Shown here piece after piece: positions 13,200 through 27,261 of a DNA stretch of 64,000 nt. The notes beneath the pieces are model-generated. The model was not told where the DNA came from and ran no database searches. It worked only from the letters and a program-made list of their open reading frames with translations. Positions within the stretch are counted from its first letter, which is position 1; each line of letters starts with the position of its first letter. A program made the translations under genes and the position numbers. This stretch comes from Haliotis rufescens (taxonomy: Eukaryota). The DNA is taken from the NCBI RefSeq assembly GCF_023055435.1, contig NW_025964057.1, positions 1,116,001 through 1,180,000 of the forward strand. Reading direction: 5' to 3'.

Positions 13200-13950
13200 T
13201 CTTCTGACCATGAGATGAATCTTAGAAGCAAGTAAGAGTTGGCAATTAGGATTTTGCATTAAAAACCACATACTTTTCTGTTGGGTTTTTATGCGTAAAT
13301 TCATCGTCTACATTCAGGGCATACTTGAAGACATCGTACATTATATCTGAGTACAGTGGGCAGGAGATGGTGAAATGGGTTTCATCCTCGATTTCTAGGG
13401 GGCAGACAGCATGAGATGAATCTTAGAAGCAAGTAAGAGTTGGCAATTAGGATTTTGCATTAAAAACACATACTTTTCTGTTGGGTTTTTATGCGTAAAT
13501 TCATCGTCTACATTCAGGGCATACTTGAAGACATCGTACATTATATCTGAGTACAGTGGGCAGGAGATGGTGAAATGGGTTTCATCCTCGATTTCTAGGG
13601 GGCAGAGAGGACAGATTCTGTCATGAAGTGGAATAGGCGGCTTAGAATATCTGCCTGTCTCTACACACAGAGGCAGACTGCGGGCTCTCAGTCGTATGAA
13701 GGACTTGCGGTGGTGTCTAGACATTGTATTGGTTACATAAGCTTCTGGGTGCAGATCTTTCTTAAACATGCGATAAGTCCTAAGTTTATTTCCGTTTGTT
13801 AAATTTCCTTTATCGTCCCATAGGTCAGTAAACCACTTCTGTTCATCCTGAATGTTCAGCTGCTTGCGAATAAGTTGTACAGTGGATTTAAAATTAACTG
13901 CGGTTAAGTATTTTATATTAAGTATATTAAGTATAACAATTAAGATGAAC
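13200..13950 (-). mobile_element. LINE ORF2 3' fragment with internal ~200-bp tandem duplication
   Basis: GNKLRTY...LPLCVETGRY...RICPLC..EIEDETHF..CPLY, a non-LTR C-terminal zinc knuckle. 13209-13406 is repeated at 13410-13606. Confidence 0.8.
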
Positions 13951-14174
13951 ATTCAGATCAAGTACATGAATGAGTTTGTTTTGACGCCACAGTCAATCAA
14001 AGACCAATGCTGTGCGGTTTGATTACACACTTCTACCAGGTCAAACATCGTGGATCCTTTTCTACATAAGGAGAATCAAAGTTCATATGCTAATCCATCT
14101 ATTGCCTACGAAAACCGTCCCGCTCAAGATGACCTTACTTGTTGTTAAATCCATCATCTATCCCCCCGTTCTCA

Positions 14175-14182
14175 CCCCCCCC

Positions 14183-14213
<31 letters not shown>

Positions 14214-14230
14214 ACACGCGCACGCACGCA
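14175..14230. repeat. Poly-C followed by (CA)n/(CACG)n compound microsatellite
   Basis: Direct inspection. Confidence 0.95.
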
Positions 14231-14571
14231 CGCACGCACGCACACACACAACGGACCTAAATAACCTTGACAGGAAATACTGCTGATAGCCTCTGGTCAA
14301 CACCGCCGCGAGCGCTACCACAGAATGTTCGTCCAACTCTGCAGGGGGCATTCTCAGTAGCTTCAAATGCGCTGAAATGTGCGTGTCAAGGACAGCTGAT
14401 GTCCGATGCTGAAGAACCGTGTTCACAGCTGACCGACTTGCTATTTTTCTGCACTGACAGAAACTGGATATACTGACACACAGCTGTTATAGATATTTAA
14501 ATAACCCCTGATCAGATGGGTGCCCTTCGTTAATCTCTGTGTGGAGTAACGTATATACCTGTGATAACGAT

Positions 14572-14676
14572 ACCGGTGGCGATGCTGATGCTGATGGTGG
14601 TGGTGATGATAATGATGGTGACGGCGATAATGATCGTGATGATGATGATGATGATGGTGATGGTGATGGTGATGAT
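14572..14676. repeat. (GAT/GGT)n trinucleotide low-complexity tract
   Basis: Direct inspection. Confidence 0.9.
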
Positions 14677-14783
14677 ATGCTGATATCCTTGCATTTTACA
14701 GTAGTGATAAATATTATCTCTGATTGCAAACTTTAACATTTTAAAAATGAAAACACACTAGGTTGATCATATGATCAAGGCCG

Positions 14784-14900
14784 CTGGCGTTGCCTAGTGG
14801 TAAAAGCGTTCGCTCCTCGTGCCGAAAGTCCAGGTTCGATTCTCTGTTTATCATAGGCACAATGTGGGAATCCCCCGCCGTGATATTGCTGTAATATTGA
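14784..14900 (+). mobile_element. Degenerate tRNA-headed SINE (same family as 28441-28580)
   Basis: A-box-like ttgcctagtgg, B-box ggttcgattc, then cccccgccgtgatattgctgtaatattg. Confidence 0.65.
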
Positions 14901-15272
14901 TGCAATGGGCTATTCATGGCATATCACAGGCATTTACGGATTGTGAACCGGCCTCGCGATATCAAATCCGCTGTCCTCGCATAGATATTAACATATCTTC
15001 GAGATCTGTCTGAATGAATGGCGTGACAACATTCAAGAAGTACGTTAACGGTTATGTGAAATATTAGAATGATTCCACCACAGAAGCCAAATCTTAAAGT
15101 TGTTTGATTCTTCGGTAGCATTTTCAATAAATGTTGTTCACGAAAGGTTCCTGAATACATTAATCGAGATTACGCTATCCGCATGGATGACCTATTTCTG
15201 TATAGATATATCTAGATCGGTGACGCTAAGCCGGTGACCCGTACCCAGATCCGGACATACCAGTGAAACAGG

Positions 15273-15372
15273 CACTCACTCACTCACTCACTCACTCACT
15301 CACTCACTCACACACTCACTCACAATGTATCAATATATCAATCTACCAATCTATCAATCTATCAATCTATCA
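15273..15372. repeat. (CACT)n and (CAATCTAT)n microsatellites
   Basis: Direct inspection. Confidence 0.9.
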
Positions 15373-15681
15373 AAATGGAAATCGAGTGACGCATGCTTGA
15401 CTCATTGTAAGTCTTTGTACGCCATTGTATCGTTGCTAGTGGTACCAGTTACCGGTTTGGGATAGACGAAGCATTGACGAAGCAAAGAGTTTAATCAGAC
15501 GTCTCCTTGACATCACACCTGTGATCCCTGGCGATAAGAAATAAACACGTCCCATTTTAATTCTGGAAACCCAAAAGTCCAGAAATTCTACGGTCTTTTC
15601 CCAGTCTCGGTCAAAGGTATTTACAAAAATAAGCATGCTGTTTTCATGGGAACATACTAAGGAAGAAAAAATGAACACTCG

Positions 15682-16560
15682 AAATATTCTCGCCCATGGG
15701 CCAAGCCTTTTTCTCGCCCATGGGCGAAATATTTCAATATCGCTATTAAATCGTTGAATTAAGTTAAAATGAGTTAAATTTTGTGTATGATACCCCATGG
15801 AATACAAGTTAAGTATTTGCGAAACAAAAACATGAGTTTTGTGTAAAGGAAAATATTCTCGCCCATGGGCCAAGCCTTTTTCTCGCCAATGGGCGAAATA
15901 TTTCAATATTGCTATAAAATCGTTGAATTAAGTTAAAATGAGTTAAATTTTGTGTCATGATACGTGAAGGAATGCATTAAAATATAATTGCGAAACAAAC
16001 ACATGAGTTTTGAGTAAAGGAAAATATTCTCACCAATGGGCCAAACCTTGTTTCTCGCCCATGGGCGAACTATTTCAATATCGCTATAAAATCGTTGAAT
16101 TAAGTTAAAATGAGTTAAATTTTGTGTATGATACTTGATGGAATACAAGTTAAGTATTTGCGAAACAAAAACGTGAGTTTTGTGTAAAGGAAAATATTCT
16201 CGCCCTTTGGCCAAGCCTTTTTCTCGCTCATGGGTGAAAAATTTCAATATCGCTATAAAATTGTTGAATTAAGTTAAAATGAGTTAAATTTTGTGTATGA
16301 TACATCATGGAATACAAGTTAAGTATTTGCAAAACAAAAACATGAGTTTTGTGTAAAGGAAAATATTCTCGCCCTTTGGCCAAGCCTTTTTCTCGCCCAT
16401 GGGCGAAATATTTCAATATCGCTATAAAATCGTTGAATTAAGTTAAAATGAGTTAAATTTTGTGTCATGATACGTGAAGGAATGCATTAAAATATATTTG
16501 CAAAACAAACACATGAGTTTTGAGTAAAGGAAAATATTCTCACCCATGGGCCAAACCTTT
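15682..16560. repeat. ~170-bp tandem satellite, ~5.2 copies
   Basis: Unit starts (aaatattctc(g/a)cc...) at 15682, 15851, 16022, 16192, 16361 and 16532. Confidence 0.95.
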
Positions 16561-19500
16561 TTACAGACAACCGTCATATAACTGGAATATTGCTACGTGC
16601 GGCGTTACACAAAGAACAACAAAAACGGAAAAAACGGATCCTACTTATTTTGTGAATACCATTACAATAAATCCAAGCAATAGATCGTTTGAGCTAGCGA
16701 AATATAAAAAAAATAGTCGAAAGTCATTTTTCCCTCTGTTGGTCCCACGTGAAATGTTCTTCATGAATACTGTAAATCATGAAATTAACGCAATAATAAG
16801 TCAGCACATTAATGCGAGTATAGAAGAACCCTGGCCTCAAATGCGTCATGACATTTATGAGAGTAGCCTTGCAAAAATCACTGTAGTCTCACAATTTAAT
16901 AATGTAGTATTGGCTGATAGATGTTCGACCGAATAATATCATTTGTTCAATCAACTGTTCATCTAATTTCCATTAATGTATGTTACATTGATAATATGTT
17001 CATGGGTTTCTTCTCTGAACGTATAGTGTTGAGGACTACTTCAGTTGAGGATAAGTAACATAAATAATGATGATATTATTTTGATATTATTGTCATTATT
17101 ATTCCTTCAGATCATTAAAAAGAGTTATTATGTTTCACATTAGACATAGAGAAAGAGGTATGGATATTGTGGAGATTATTTTTTAGCATCGACATTATTA
17201 ACATAATTCTTAAAGATATTAATATGTTTTGTTTATGGTCTAATGCCGCACTCAGCAACGTAAGGATATTACAACATACATTTAGGTTTAGTTGTATTAT
17301 TAAATTTGTTTTATTTTGCAAATGTTACAGAGACCTGATAAAGTAATATAAAAATGTATAGTCGCTATTCTTAAAAGTAAGCATATGTTAGATTTATCAA
17401 CCGGAAATATTGCACACCAAAGGATAATTATAAATCATGGTACTATTCTATGTCGAAGTCAACTTTATTTGTGTTTGCTATTGCTACATAATTGGTTATG
17501 ACACGGATACGTCATGATAAAGCAATGAGAAATTGACATTTGACGATATAAGACAGCTACGCGATAAATCGCAAAGAACAAAGAAGAAGGAAGCGATATT
17601 TATTTCACGATAAAACCTTGTTCTATCATGACGTCATTTATGGAGATTCGAACATGCACTCGCACTCTTGAAAGACCAAATTCAAACCCTCCTGTTCATA
17701 AAATGGATTTATCTGGCATTGCCGCGGTCGTACGTAATGTTGATATCTCATATAAGAAATAAACGAGTCGTGGTCGTTGTTTATCATACAATAAACAACT
17801 CCCACTCGCGGTTTGTTTCTTAATTACATGACCATATACCCTGACATTATATCACAGTTGATTATATCAGTTGACAAAGACGACATAAGCCATTCCATCA
17901 TCACAAGAAACCCTTGCCAAAAGTAGCGCCAACTGCACGATTCCGATAACACCAGGAGCATGCATGTTTCATTATTCACCTTATAAAATGATGACACTGG
18001 GTGCTCGCAAAAAGGCGAGCTCATCCCGATCCACCAGTGGCACCCGCTACAAACACGTGCAAAGGCAAGCCAATTGTTCACCCGAAAAGGCACGGAAACA
18101 AACACGGTACAAGTCAAAATAGAGAATTGCATCAGACATCATTTTGGTCATTGATACGTCAAGCCTGGAAATGCCAGCTACACGTCCAACACAAAGAACA
18201 AGCCAGGACCTGTATCCCTTAAACCCGCCCAAACAACCCCCTGAGCACGAAGCTTGCACAATTTTCTCCTAACCTAAAGTAATCTATACTAGTTCTGAAG
18301 TAAATCGTATTTACCCGCATGAATCGCCTTATGTCATTTATTCCCGATAAACAGAGCATGCACACTTTCTGACAGTAATGTGGGGTAAGTCACGCACCAA
18401 ACCTATACTCTCGATATACATGTTGCTCTTAATTAAAACACTATTGGGCTAACAAGATACGTATATTAAAGTGTCATGCTTTTCTGATGTGCTATCATTC
18501 TAATTCGAAATAATGACATAAATAGTTACCACTCACCCTTCAATATTTTTAATATTAATCACAAACATATTTGAATATATACCACATCTATACTTACATG
18601 TACTTATCTTTATACTTTAAAGAATTAGGTGTGTCTGTCATACAGACCCCAAAACAAATATGTCCAATACAGCCCAAAATTTGACAAAATGAAGAAAGTC
18701 TCTTGGCTCCTTTTTGTTATATTTTATAACTATTGTTTAACAACTGGGATTTTTCTGTAAGATATGTTCATTTCAGAGATTAGATGTTATTCTAGCATCA
18801 GGTCTGTGGTACGTTCACTGCATCAGCGTTGACATAAAAACGATTTTTACATATATAAATACATACAGAGAAATGCTTAGCATTTATCTTTAAAGGAAGA
18901 ATGTGGGACTTGCTTAATACATATGTATGTGGACATATATGTATGTACATTTGGATGAATAAAGATATACCTCCTAATGGATAGTGATCGTAGATGATTG
19001 TAGAACGTGCACGAAGAAAATGAAATAATTATGTGAGTAATCGGGTAAATACCACGTTTAGCAATATTCAGCCATGTTGCGATATTGGTTTCCAACATAC
19101 AAGACGGACCATGAAATTATAACTTGAATTTGGACCTGGCTTTCTGGTGTGATGTAACACCCCATAATCTAATGTAGAAAAAGAGCTAAAAGCACAAATA
19201 AGGATCACGAGATGAAACTTATGTATACATCTGGGCATATATTTGCGTAGTATTACTACGTTAATTTATCAGTATATATGTATTTTGCGCAAAGGATATT
19301 GTAGATCGACGCTTACATGCGCATATAACCTATTCACCAGTGCTGTAATATTTAATTCATTTGTCTTTTGATACATATAGATAGGAACATGGAGAGTCTG
19401 TCTGAAGAAATATAGACATGCATGGGATCTTTTGGATAGTTGTACTTCACGGTTAGACAAATGCTTAGTCTCTGAAAATACATTATTTTGGTTAAAACGA

Positions 19501-20096
19501 GAAACTATATTTAAATTTAAAAGGAGCCCAAGTGAGATGGAAATTTCAGCCTGAACCCGTTGAACATCTAGGCTTGTTTCATTTGGGGCTATAGCATTGC
19601 AGTAGGGCCTGGGCGGAAGGGAAAATAATATGGTTCAGGGACTGTGAGACAAACTACATCACGGTCTGTATCGCCGTCGTGATCTTTAGAGCTACGAAAT
19701 TAGAGCCATCTGAGATAGCCACTCGACACCTGTTTGCACCCATCAGATACCAGTTACTACTGTCACTACTCCTCTCTCCAAACGAAAAAAAACCCGAAAA
19801 ATGTCGGAAGTGTATATTTTTAATCCTTCGAATTTACTATTTAGATACATGATTTAACTTAAAAGTAATTATATAGATATCTGTGATGCTGGTACCGTTT
19901 TGTCGCCATTGTGGAGCTATTGTGGAGTTATTAGGAATATCAAATACATGTCTTGAAATATAGACTTGTAAAAGAGTTCATCAAAGAACCATATGCAGCC
20001 ATTTAATTGGCGTGTATGGATATATTATCCATTTACTTATACACACTTATTATGGACATATACAGAGTTTCATTGTACCTTATTATTGAAAAAATA

Positions 20097-20340
20097 CCCG
20101 TGAAGATCCGGGTTAGAATAGGCCTTCAACAACCCATGCTTGTACTAAGGCGACTAACGTAATCGGGTGGTCAGGCTCGCTGACTTGGTTGATGCATGTC
20201 ATCGTATCCCAATTGCGTAGATCGGTGCTCTTGATGTCAATAACTGGATTGTCTGGCCCAGACTGGATTATTTACAAACCGCCGTCATATAGCTGGTATA
20301 TTGTTGAGTGCGGCGTTTAACAACAAACAATCAAACAAAA
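20097..20340 (+). mobile_element. SINE-like retroelement with non-tRNA head and (AAAC)n tail
   Basis: cccgtgaagatccgggttagaatagg...ggcgactaac...gtcatatagctggtatattg..gagtgcggcgtttaacaacaaac. Other copies at 21333, 27100 (-) and 2192 (-). Confidence 0.8.
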
Positions 20341-21332
20341 ACTACTATTAAGGAAGAGTGCAGAACGACTTGCTTTATACATATATATGTGGGCATATAT
20401 GTGTGGACAGTTGGATGATATAGATATACCTCCTTAAAGATAGTGTTCGTAGATGACTGTAGAAAATGGAATAATTATGTGAGTAATCGGGTTAAAACCA
20501 CGTTTAGCAATATTCAGCCATATTGCGATATTGGTTTCCAACATACAAGACGGACCATCAAATTATGACTTGAATTTGGACCTGGCTTTCTGGTGTGATG
20601 TAACACCCAAGAATCTCCGGTAGAAAAAGAGCTTAAAGCACGAATAAAGATCACGAGATGTTACTGATGTATACATCTGGGCATATATTTGCGTAGTATT
20701 ACTACGTTAATTCATCAGCATATATGTATTTTGCATAAAAGGATGTTGTAGGATCGACGCTGACATGCGCATACAACCTATTCACCAGTGCTGTAATATT
20801 TAATTCATTTCTTTTGACACGTATCGACACGAGAAACTATATCTAAATTTAAAAGGAGCCCAAGTGGGATGGAAATTTCAGCCTGAACCTGTTGAACATC
20901 TAGGCTTGTTTCATTTTGGGCTATAGTATTGCCGTAAGGCCTGGGCGGAAGGGAACACCTGTTTGCACCCATCAGATGCCAATCACAACTTCTCTCTCCA
21001 AACGAAAACAAAATACGAAAAATGTCGGAAGTGTATCCTTCCAATTTTCTATTTAGAAACATGTTTTAACTTTAAAGTAATTATATGGATCTCATGTATT
21101 ATTGGTATCTGTGATGCTGGTACCGTTTTGTCGCCATTGTGTAGCTTTTGTGCATTTATTATGAATATCAAATACATGTCTTGAAATATGGACTTGTGAA
21201 AGAACTCATCATTGAACAATATGCAGTCTAACCCATTTAATTGGCATGTATGGACATAGTATCCATCTACTTATACACACTTATTATGGACATATACAGA
21301 ATTTCATTGTACCTTATTATTAAAAACATTAC

Positions 21333-21560
21333 CGGGTTAGAACAGCCCTTCAACAACCAATGCTTGTTCGAAGGCGAGTAACATGATCGGGTGGTTAGGC
21401 TCGCTGACTTGGTTGATGCATGTCATCGCATCCCAATTGCGTAGATCGGTGCTCTTGGTGATAATAACTGGATTGTCTGGTCCAGACTGGATTTTTTACG
21501 CGACCACCGTCATATAGCTGGTATATTGCTGAGTGCGGCTTTAAACAACAAACAAACAAA
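21333..21560 (+). mobile_element. Second copy of the same SINE-like element (inside the duplication)
   Basis: Aligns with 20097-20340. Confidence 0.8.
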
Positions 21561-22406
21561 ATCTATTATTAAACACCTTCCAACAATGATAAATTAAACT
21601 TATATTTCTATATATTCTGTTATATTTATAACATGATTTTGATTCATAATTTAATTATTGCGTTGCTTTCTTCCCTGTCATTCAATGTACATGTTCAACC
21701 CCCTAAACTTTTAATATTTCATTTTTCACAAATGGCTACGTTAGTGAGTTGCCTAGATATCTCGTTACCTACTCACACGAACAGATTAAAATAATTTGTT
21801 TTACTATCATACTTCTGTTAATCTAATTCATAGTACGAAATTGATAATTCATTTATCACAGTATAGATCATATTCGTTGAAATCACTATCTGATGCTAAG
21901 GTTTTATTGCAGAAATTATAATTAATTCAAAATGTAGAGAGATACACAATTTGCCATCATTTGACTTTTAAACTGTACAAAGTATAACATAATGATCAGA
22001 ATGCCTGTAACGGGTAGTATTTAAGAAAGAAATATCTGTCAATAAGTCCCATTTTTCAGATATGCCCTTCAGTAGTAGTATTGTATATCTCCAAAGAGAG
22101 GTTTACATTGTAGTTATCATTATTTGTGGATAATTCAAAAAGCAACATAGAAAATATATATGCTACCATGACGAAAGAATACAGAGTATACATAACTCGC
22201 GATTCTCCAAAAGAGATTTCAAATCACAATAATATATCTGATATAAAGAGAGGTGGTAATGATTTAATCTCTACATTGTGCCCTTGTTCGTGAGCCCTTG
22301 TTCTATTCAGCAAACAGCCCCAAACCGAAAATCCACAACATATCCGAATACACTGATTCAGGCTGTCCCAGTTCTCCATGCGATACTGACGCCCGTTCGT
22401 CTCCCA

Positions 22407-23026
22407 GACCATAGAGAATAAATTTAAAAGGAAACCAGCTCAAGTCTAGAACGATTTGGCAAGCCTAGATTTCCTCAATTCTATCCATGAAAGTAAGCAT
22501 TAATAATTTAATATTGTTCTTGTCTGCTTCAGATTATATTTTGTAGAGACATATTTTAAACTAGGAAAATTGTACTGACACCGGCGCTGTCCCTATTGAA
22601 GCTATTTATAAGAATTTCGAATTTTCGACCATTGTTCGATGTCAATACATCGATGACAAGTGAGGATATCATAAAGTAATCGTTGATGCCACGCTACACT
22701 ATAATAAAAATTATAATCAAGTTCATTTTGTGTACATTACTACAGTGAACATGTACATGATCATGCCCTAATAATCAAATGCCGTAATGTCAAATACTAA
22801 TATATCATTGTGTGATGAATTTAACTGGATCAGTGGTAACATGTGATATTAATATTCCATCAATTTCTCTCCTGGTTGGTCCATCCATGTCTACAAAATG
22901 AACATAGTACAAATTAAAATGGAGCCTAGAACAATTCTTAATTTCAGGCTAGGGCTGTGGAAATCTAGACTTTCCCAATCATTATAGACTTGAGTTGGTC
23001 TCATTTTTACATTATTCTCTTGGGTC
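22407..23026. mobile_element. Old MITE-like element with ~70-bp imperfect TIRs
   Basis: agagaataaatttaaaaggaaaccagctcaagtctagaacgatttggcaagcctagatttcc (~22413-22473) is inverse to ggaaatctagactttcccaatcattatagacttgagttggtctcatttttacattattctct (22959-23020). No clear TSD. Confidence 0.6.
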
Positions 23027-26000
23027 AACGCCACAGCTCATACCATACACTAACAAGACCAGATTGCCCCCCGCCGGAGCTCCTGGATTTTTGTTATATC
23101 ATCTAACATGGCCAACTCTGCTCTTAAGTAAACAAGAACCTAATCAGCGAGGGTTTTTTTATCATCCCTATGTGGCTGCTTATAAAAATCTGATATCTCT
23201 TCCCAAAGACCTGGTTAATACTATATTTTCTGCTGAATATTCGAAACAGAGTGAGTGAGTTGGTACTACATATGTTTACGGTTCTATTTTAAATAACTGC
23301 AGCGCTCCATTATGAAAAACAAATTGTATTAACGCCGCTCTCAGCAGTATTCCAGTGATATATGACGGCGGTCTGTTGTATATGAAATAAATGCAAATTG
23401 AATCTTGAATCTTGAAAGTTGTAACATTTCCGCTAATAAGTATCACATGCAGTATACAGTATATCAACTGCAATATACTGCAATATACAACATTCAGTAT
23501 ACAGTGTGTCGCGAGCTCTGCGCTGGGCTGGAGCACACATTTCCTACCCCTCTCCCTTCGGCAAACACCTCATGAGGGTTGCAACGAGGTCACAGGTCAG
23601 GCGTGCACTCGTCAGTTGTCTAATGCGGTCAAGAGTAAGATCTTCCGGAAGACCACTGCACTAGAGGTATGTGGATTGTTGATGAGGTACTACGTGTTTG
23701 GAACTGGGAGTCGAACACTAAGCACTTTTACAGAAGAGCTCACAATAAAACTTCATGGACTCGCGGACGGACTTGTGTTTTCATTTCAAGACTTACATGT
23801 ATCAGGTTGAACTTCTACGACAGATGTAACTTGGTTACCGCTTCCTAACTGTAGCATTAACTAAACTTTACGCCTTTTATACACATTTGTGATGGGGCGT
23901 CAATGCGACAACGAGACATATTTTGACCTTGAAAATGTCGCGTTACGGCATCGTCGCCCTTTTGTAAAAGAAAGAAAAGGATTATTCAAAGAGCGACAAT
24001 GCAAACACGCGACAATGCGACAAATGGCCAATTGTAGCGCTTTGTTAATTTTGACACGTTTTGCTTGTTTTTGTAAGGGCGTCAATGCGACAACGCGACA
24101 ATGTCCCTTCCATAGTGATCCGTGCATATAAGACTGAGTTATGAAATAGAAGTCTGACATGCCAATTAAATGGTAAAGTGTTGCAGCTTCTGATTTCATA
24201 GATCTTCAAGAAGGATTAATTTATCACCAATGGGATGGGTGATGAGTTCAACTGCATGCCGAGTCTATACGTTGTGATTAACAATAATGCTCCGAGTGAA
24301 TACATTTTGTCAAAATGTATGACATGTATTACGTGAATGAACATATTGTTTATACTCGTCCATGTTTTTGACGGACAATATAATTTGCATGCTCGGTAAA
24401 AGTGAGGACGGGCATCATTGTGTGTTTCCGTGCTTTGTTCAGGTGAACAATTGACTTGTCCTTGCATGTGTTTGTGACGGGTGCCACTTGTGTGGCAGGA
24501 TACGCTCACCTTTTCACCCGTTGGATGGCTTGAACCAATTCGGATTTTAATCCCACATCAGTCTGATACACCGTGATATAACTGAAATACTGAAATACTG
24601 TACAGTTGAAAATGGTGTCTAATGCGATTACCGTAGTGTGTTACTGCAACTATTCAAATGTTCTGCAGTGCTGTTATAGAATATGGAAAAGAAAGCATAT
24701 TCAATTATCTAAGTGATTTGAATAGAATATACTTGCGTCAGTGTATTTTATTAACGCCCCAAACCGTAATTTAAACACATATAATAACAGATCATATACA
24801 CGCATGGTGCCTTGACTTACTGCTAGTCTAATAGGCCATCCTGGAATAAAATAGTTACGTACCAGGAATTCCAAGGGTTTTCCCCAGGAATGTGGAAGTA
24901 GTCAGTGTTTACGCCATTTCAAGAATACAGTCACGTGAAGAACGTCATGTGACCGACCTCTCGTCCTAGCCGTATATCTTGTAAACTTCACATTAAAAAA
25001 TTAGTTATTATTATAACCAAATGAAACACAACCCATTATCCGATAGGGGTAACTGTGCATAGCGGAGGAATATGTTACCACAATAAACTTGGTAACATTA
25101 TTTGGTTTGACTTCTTGAATTCCATTAACATGTTACATATCCTAAAACTGGCTTATCAGCAAATCTCGCTGCACTGCGCGCGACAGATACTAGAGCAAGG
25201 CATGCCAGAAATACGAAACCTAAAGCTTTCGAAAAGAAGTCTTAGGAATCACGTGCGTCGGGGGACCAGCGCCATCTGATTGGCCGTTAAAAGTTGTACA
25301 AGGCGGAGCAAAAAGCATCGTTTTTCCGTCCATTTTACGCTTGAAAAACTCGACCCTTTTCTGGACACTTTCTAGACGCTCACCAATTAATAAATTTTAA
25401 TGAATTTTTAGTCGTTTTTCCGTCCAATGACCATATACGGAAAAAACGACGTTTTCGTGTTTGCAGTGAAAGCTGAGAATATATATTGGGTAATTGGGTT
25501 ATGATATTGGAGAACCTAATTTTTCCACGCACATCTGTACTCAAGCAACGTTAACTCAAGTGGGTTATGGTGATTTACAAATGGAGTTTGCGTTTTTTAC
25601 GCAAATACACAGCTTATCTGGAACACTGGAGACAAATGAATACAGTAACATCTTGTACAGATCACAGGTAGACACTGATTTTCAATATATTAGACTATTC
25701 TTTTGATAATGATAGCAATTATCCCTGTAGTTTCTCCAGATTCCCGACTTATTCTGACTCGATCGCAGATTGACAAAGATGACGCCATCTTTGTTTATGA
25801 ACACTGAAAGTAGTCCCTACTTGACCTTTGATATTTGCATCTCCATCCGCATATGACCCGAACGGATTTCATTTTTAAGCCGTTGGCTGTTTCCTGCCGA
25901 GAACCCTACCCAGTATATGATAAAAACTCCTACCAGGTGAAAACGATCATTTGAAATATAAAAAACAAAGCCGATGTTAGTCAAATTCACACACACGGGG

Positions 26001-26289
26001 TGGAAGTTCATCTATATCACCACTCTATGATATTCTGGAAAGGAAAGTTAACTTACAAAGTTGTTATATACGTGAATAGCTTCAATATTGCTGATTGAGC
26101 GTAAAGATTAGACTCTCACTAACTGCTCAGTGACTTTCTTGTAATACCATTGATATGCAAATAAGGGTAATTGTTCTTTGTGTGTGTGATGCGGATACAT
26201 ATACAGAAGCAACAAATGGATTATGATCAGGATTCATTGTATCCCATCAGCAAGTGTGATAAGGGTTCTGTCATGTATTACGTGTTGTA

Positions 26290-26360
26290 CAGTCGAACCT
26301 CGCTTATCCGGACAATTGCGTTTATATGATCCGGATAAACGAGTTTCCGGATATCTGAAT
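26290..26360 (+). mobile_element. Tc1/pogo-type TIR fragment
   Basis: TA|CAGTCGAACCTCGCTTATCCGGAC, a typical pogo/Tigger terminus. No partner end seen. Confidence 0.45.
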
Positions 26361-26838
26361 CCCTTGTTAACTGACCAGAATTCCCTCCCCTGCCCATCTT
26401 CTACTGAGGCGTATGTGAAATGAATGGCAAAAGTATGATTGATGAAGGGTATCCCTATTTATAACTTAAATACAGTGTGCAGCCCTACACGGCATGCCCT
26501 TTATTGAAACAGTTGATGGAATGCATGTTCAGCTCAGTGCAGATAATACACTTGTTTTGTTTACAGTTGTGACGCAGAGGTTAGGGAAACTTGACACACA
26601 TGAGCATTGAAAGCCATATTTACCTGAACTAGATGTAAGCTAATGTTGAACTCATCCATGTGTGAAATTATGTAGTCTAGACATCTGTACATCTTTTTTG
26701 TCGAATCGCATTATTAAAGTGCATGAAGATGAGCCAGCAGATACATTCATATACATTTGTGAGCACAAGACCACGAAGAGTAACCCTGACATTTCCTCGA
26801 AACCGTGGGTGTTGCCAAGTAGCGTCAATATCTTAATC

Positions 26839-27085
26839 GGGGGCACGCGATTTGCTGTGCAGAGTTGGGCACGCTAGAAACCTATGATTGTGGGTTCGAA
26901 TCCGGCTCGCCCCGACTATGTTTCTAGGTTTATCGGCACCATACCCGTCCTCGTGTGTTTCATCGAAGTGGTAAACGTCTGAGACCTGCATCACTTCGGG
27001 CTTTCCTCCCACATTAAGCTTACATGCCGTGATATAACAGGAATACTGTTAAAAGGGGCTTTAAACCAAACTCACTTACTCACTC
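26839..27085 (+). mobile_element. tRNA-headed SINE (same family as 62093-62379), A-box region deleted
   Basis: B-box gggttcgaatcc, shared body and (CACT)n tail. Confidence 0.8.
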
Positions 27086-27099
27086 ATTTTGGACAGTTT

Positions 27100-27261
27100 A
27101 GTTGTTTGTTTGTTTGTTTGTTGTTTATCACCGCACTCAGCTATATTCCAGCTGTATGACGGCTGCCTGTAAATAATTGAGTCTGGACCAGACAATCCGG
27201 TGATTGATGTCATGAGCATACGATGACATGCATCAACCACGTCAGCGAGCCTGACCACCCG
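27100..27261 (-). mobile_element. SINE-like element (20097 family), tail-to-tail with the previous SINE
   Basis: Reverse complement matches gggtggtcaggctcgctgac...gctgagtgcgg..aaacaacaaacaaac. Confidence 0.75.

Larger units (their letters stand above)
18907..21572. repeat. Tandem segmental duplication (18907-20351 and 20367-21572)
   Basis: Long collinear near-identity with internal indels; each copy ends with the same SINE. Confidence 0.9.

Noticed and set aside
14012-14739. Short ORFs rich in P/H/T, S/P, I/T or D/G
   Set aside because: Translations of microsatellites.
15436-16416. Three similar ORFs (MKYFAH...)
   Set aside because: Translations of the 170-bp satellite.
23890-24115. Segment with repeated GCGACAA motifs and a 19-bp direct repeat
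   Set aside because: Probably a DNA-transposon remnant, but termini could not be defined.
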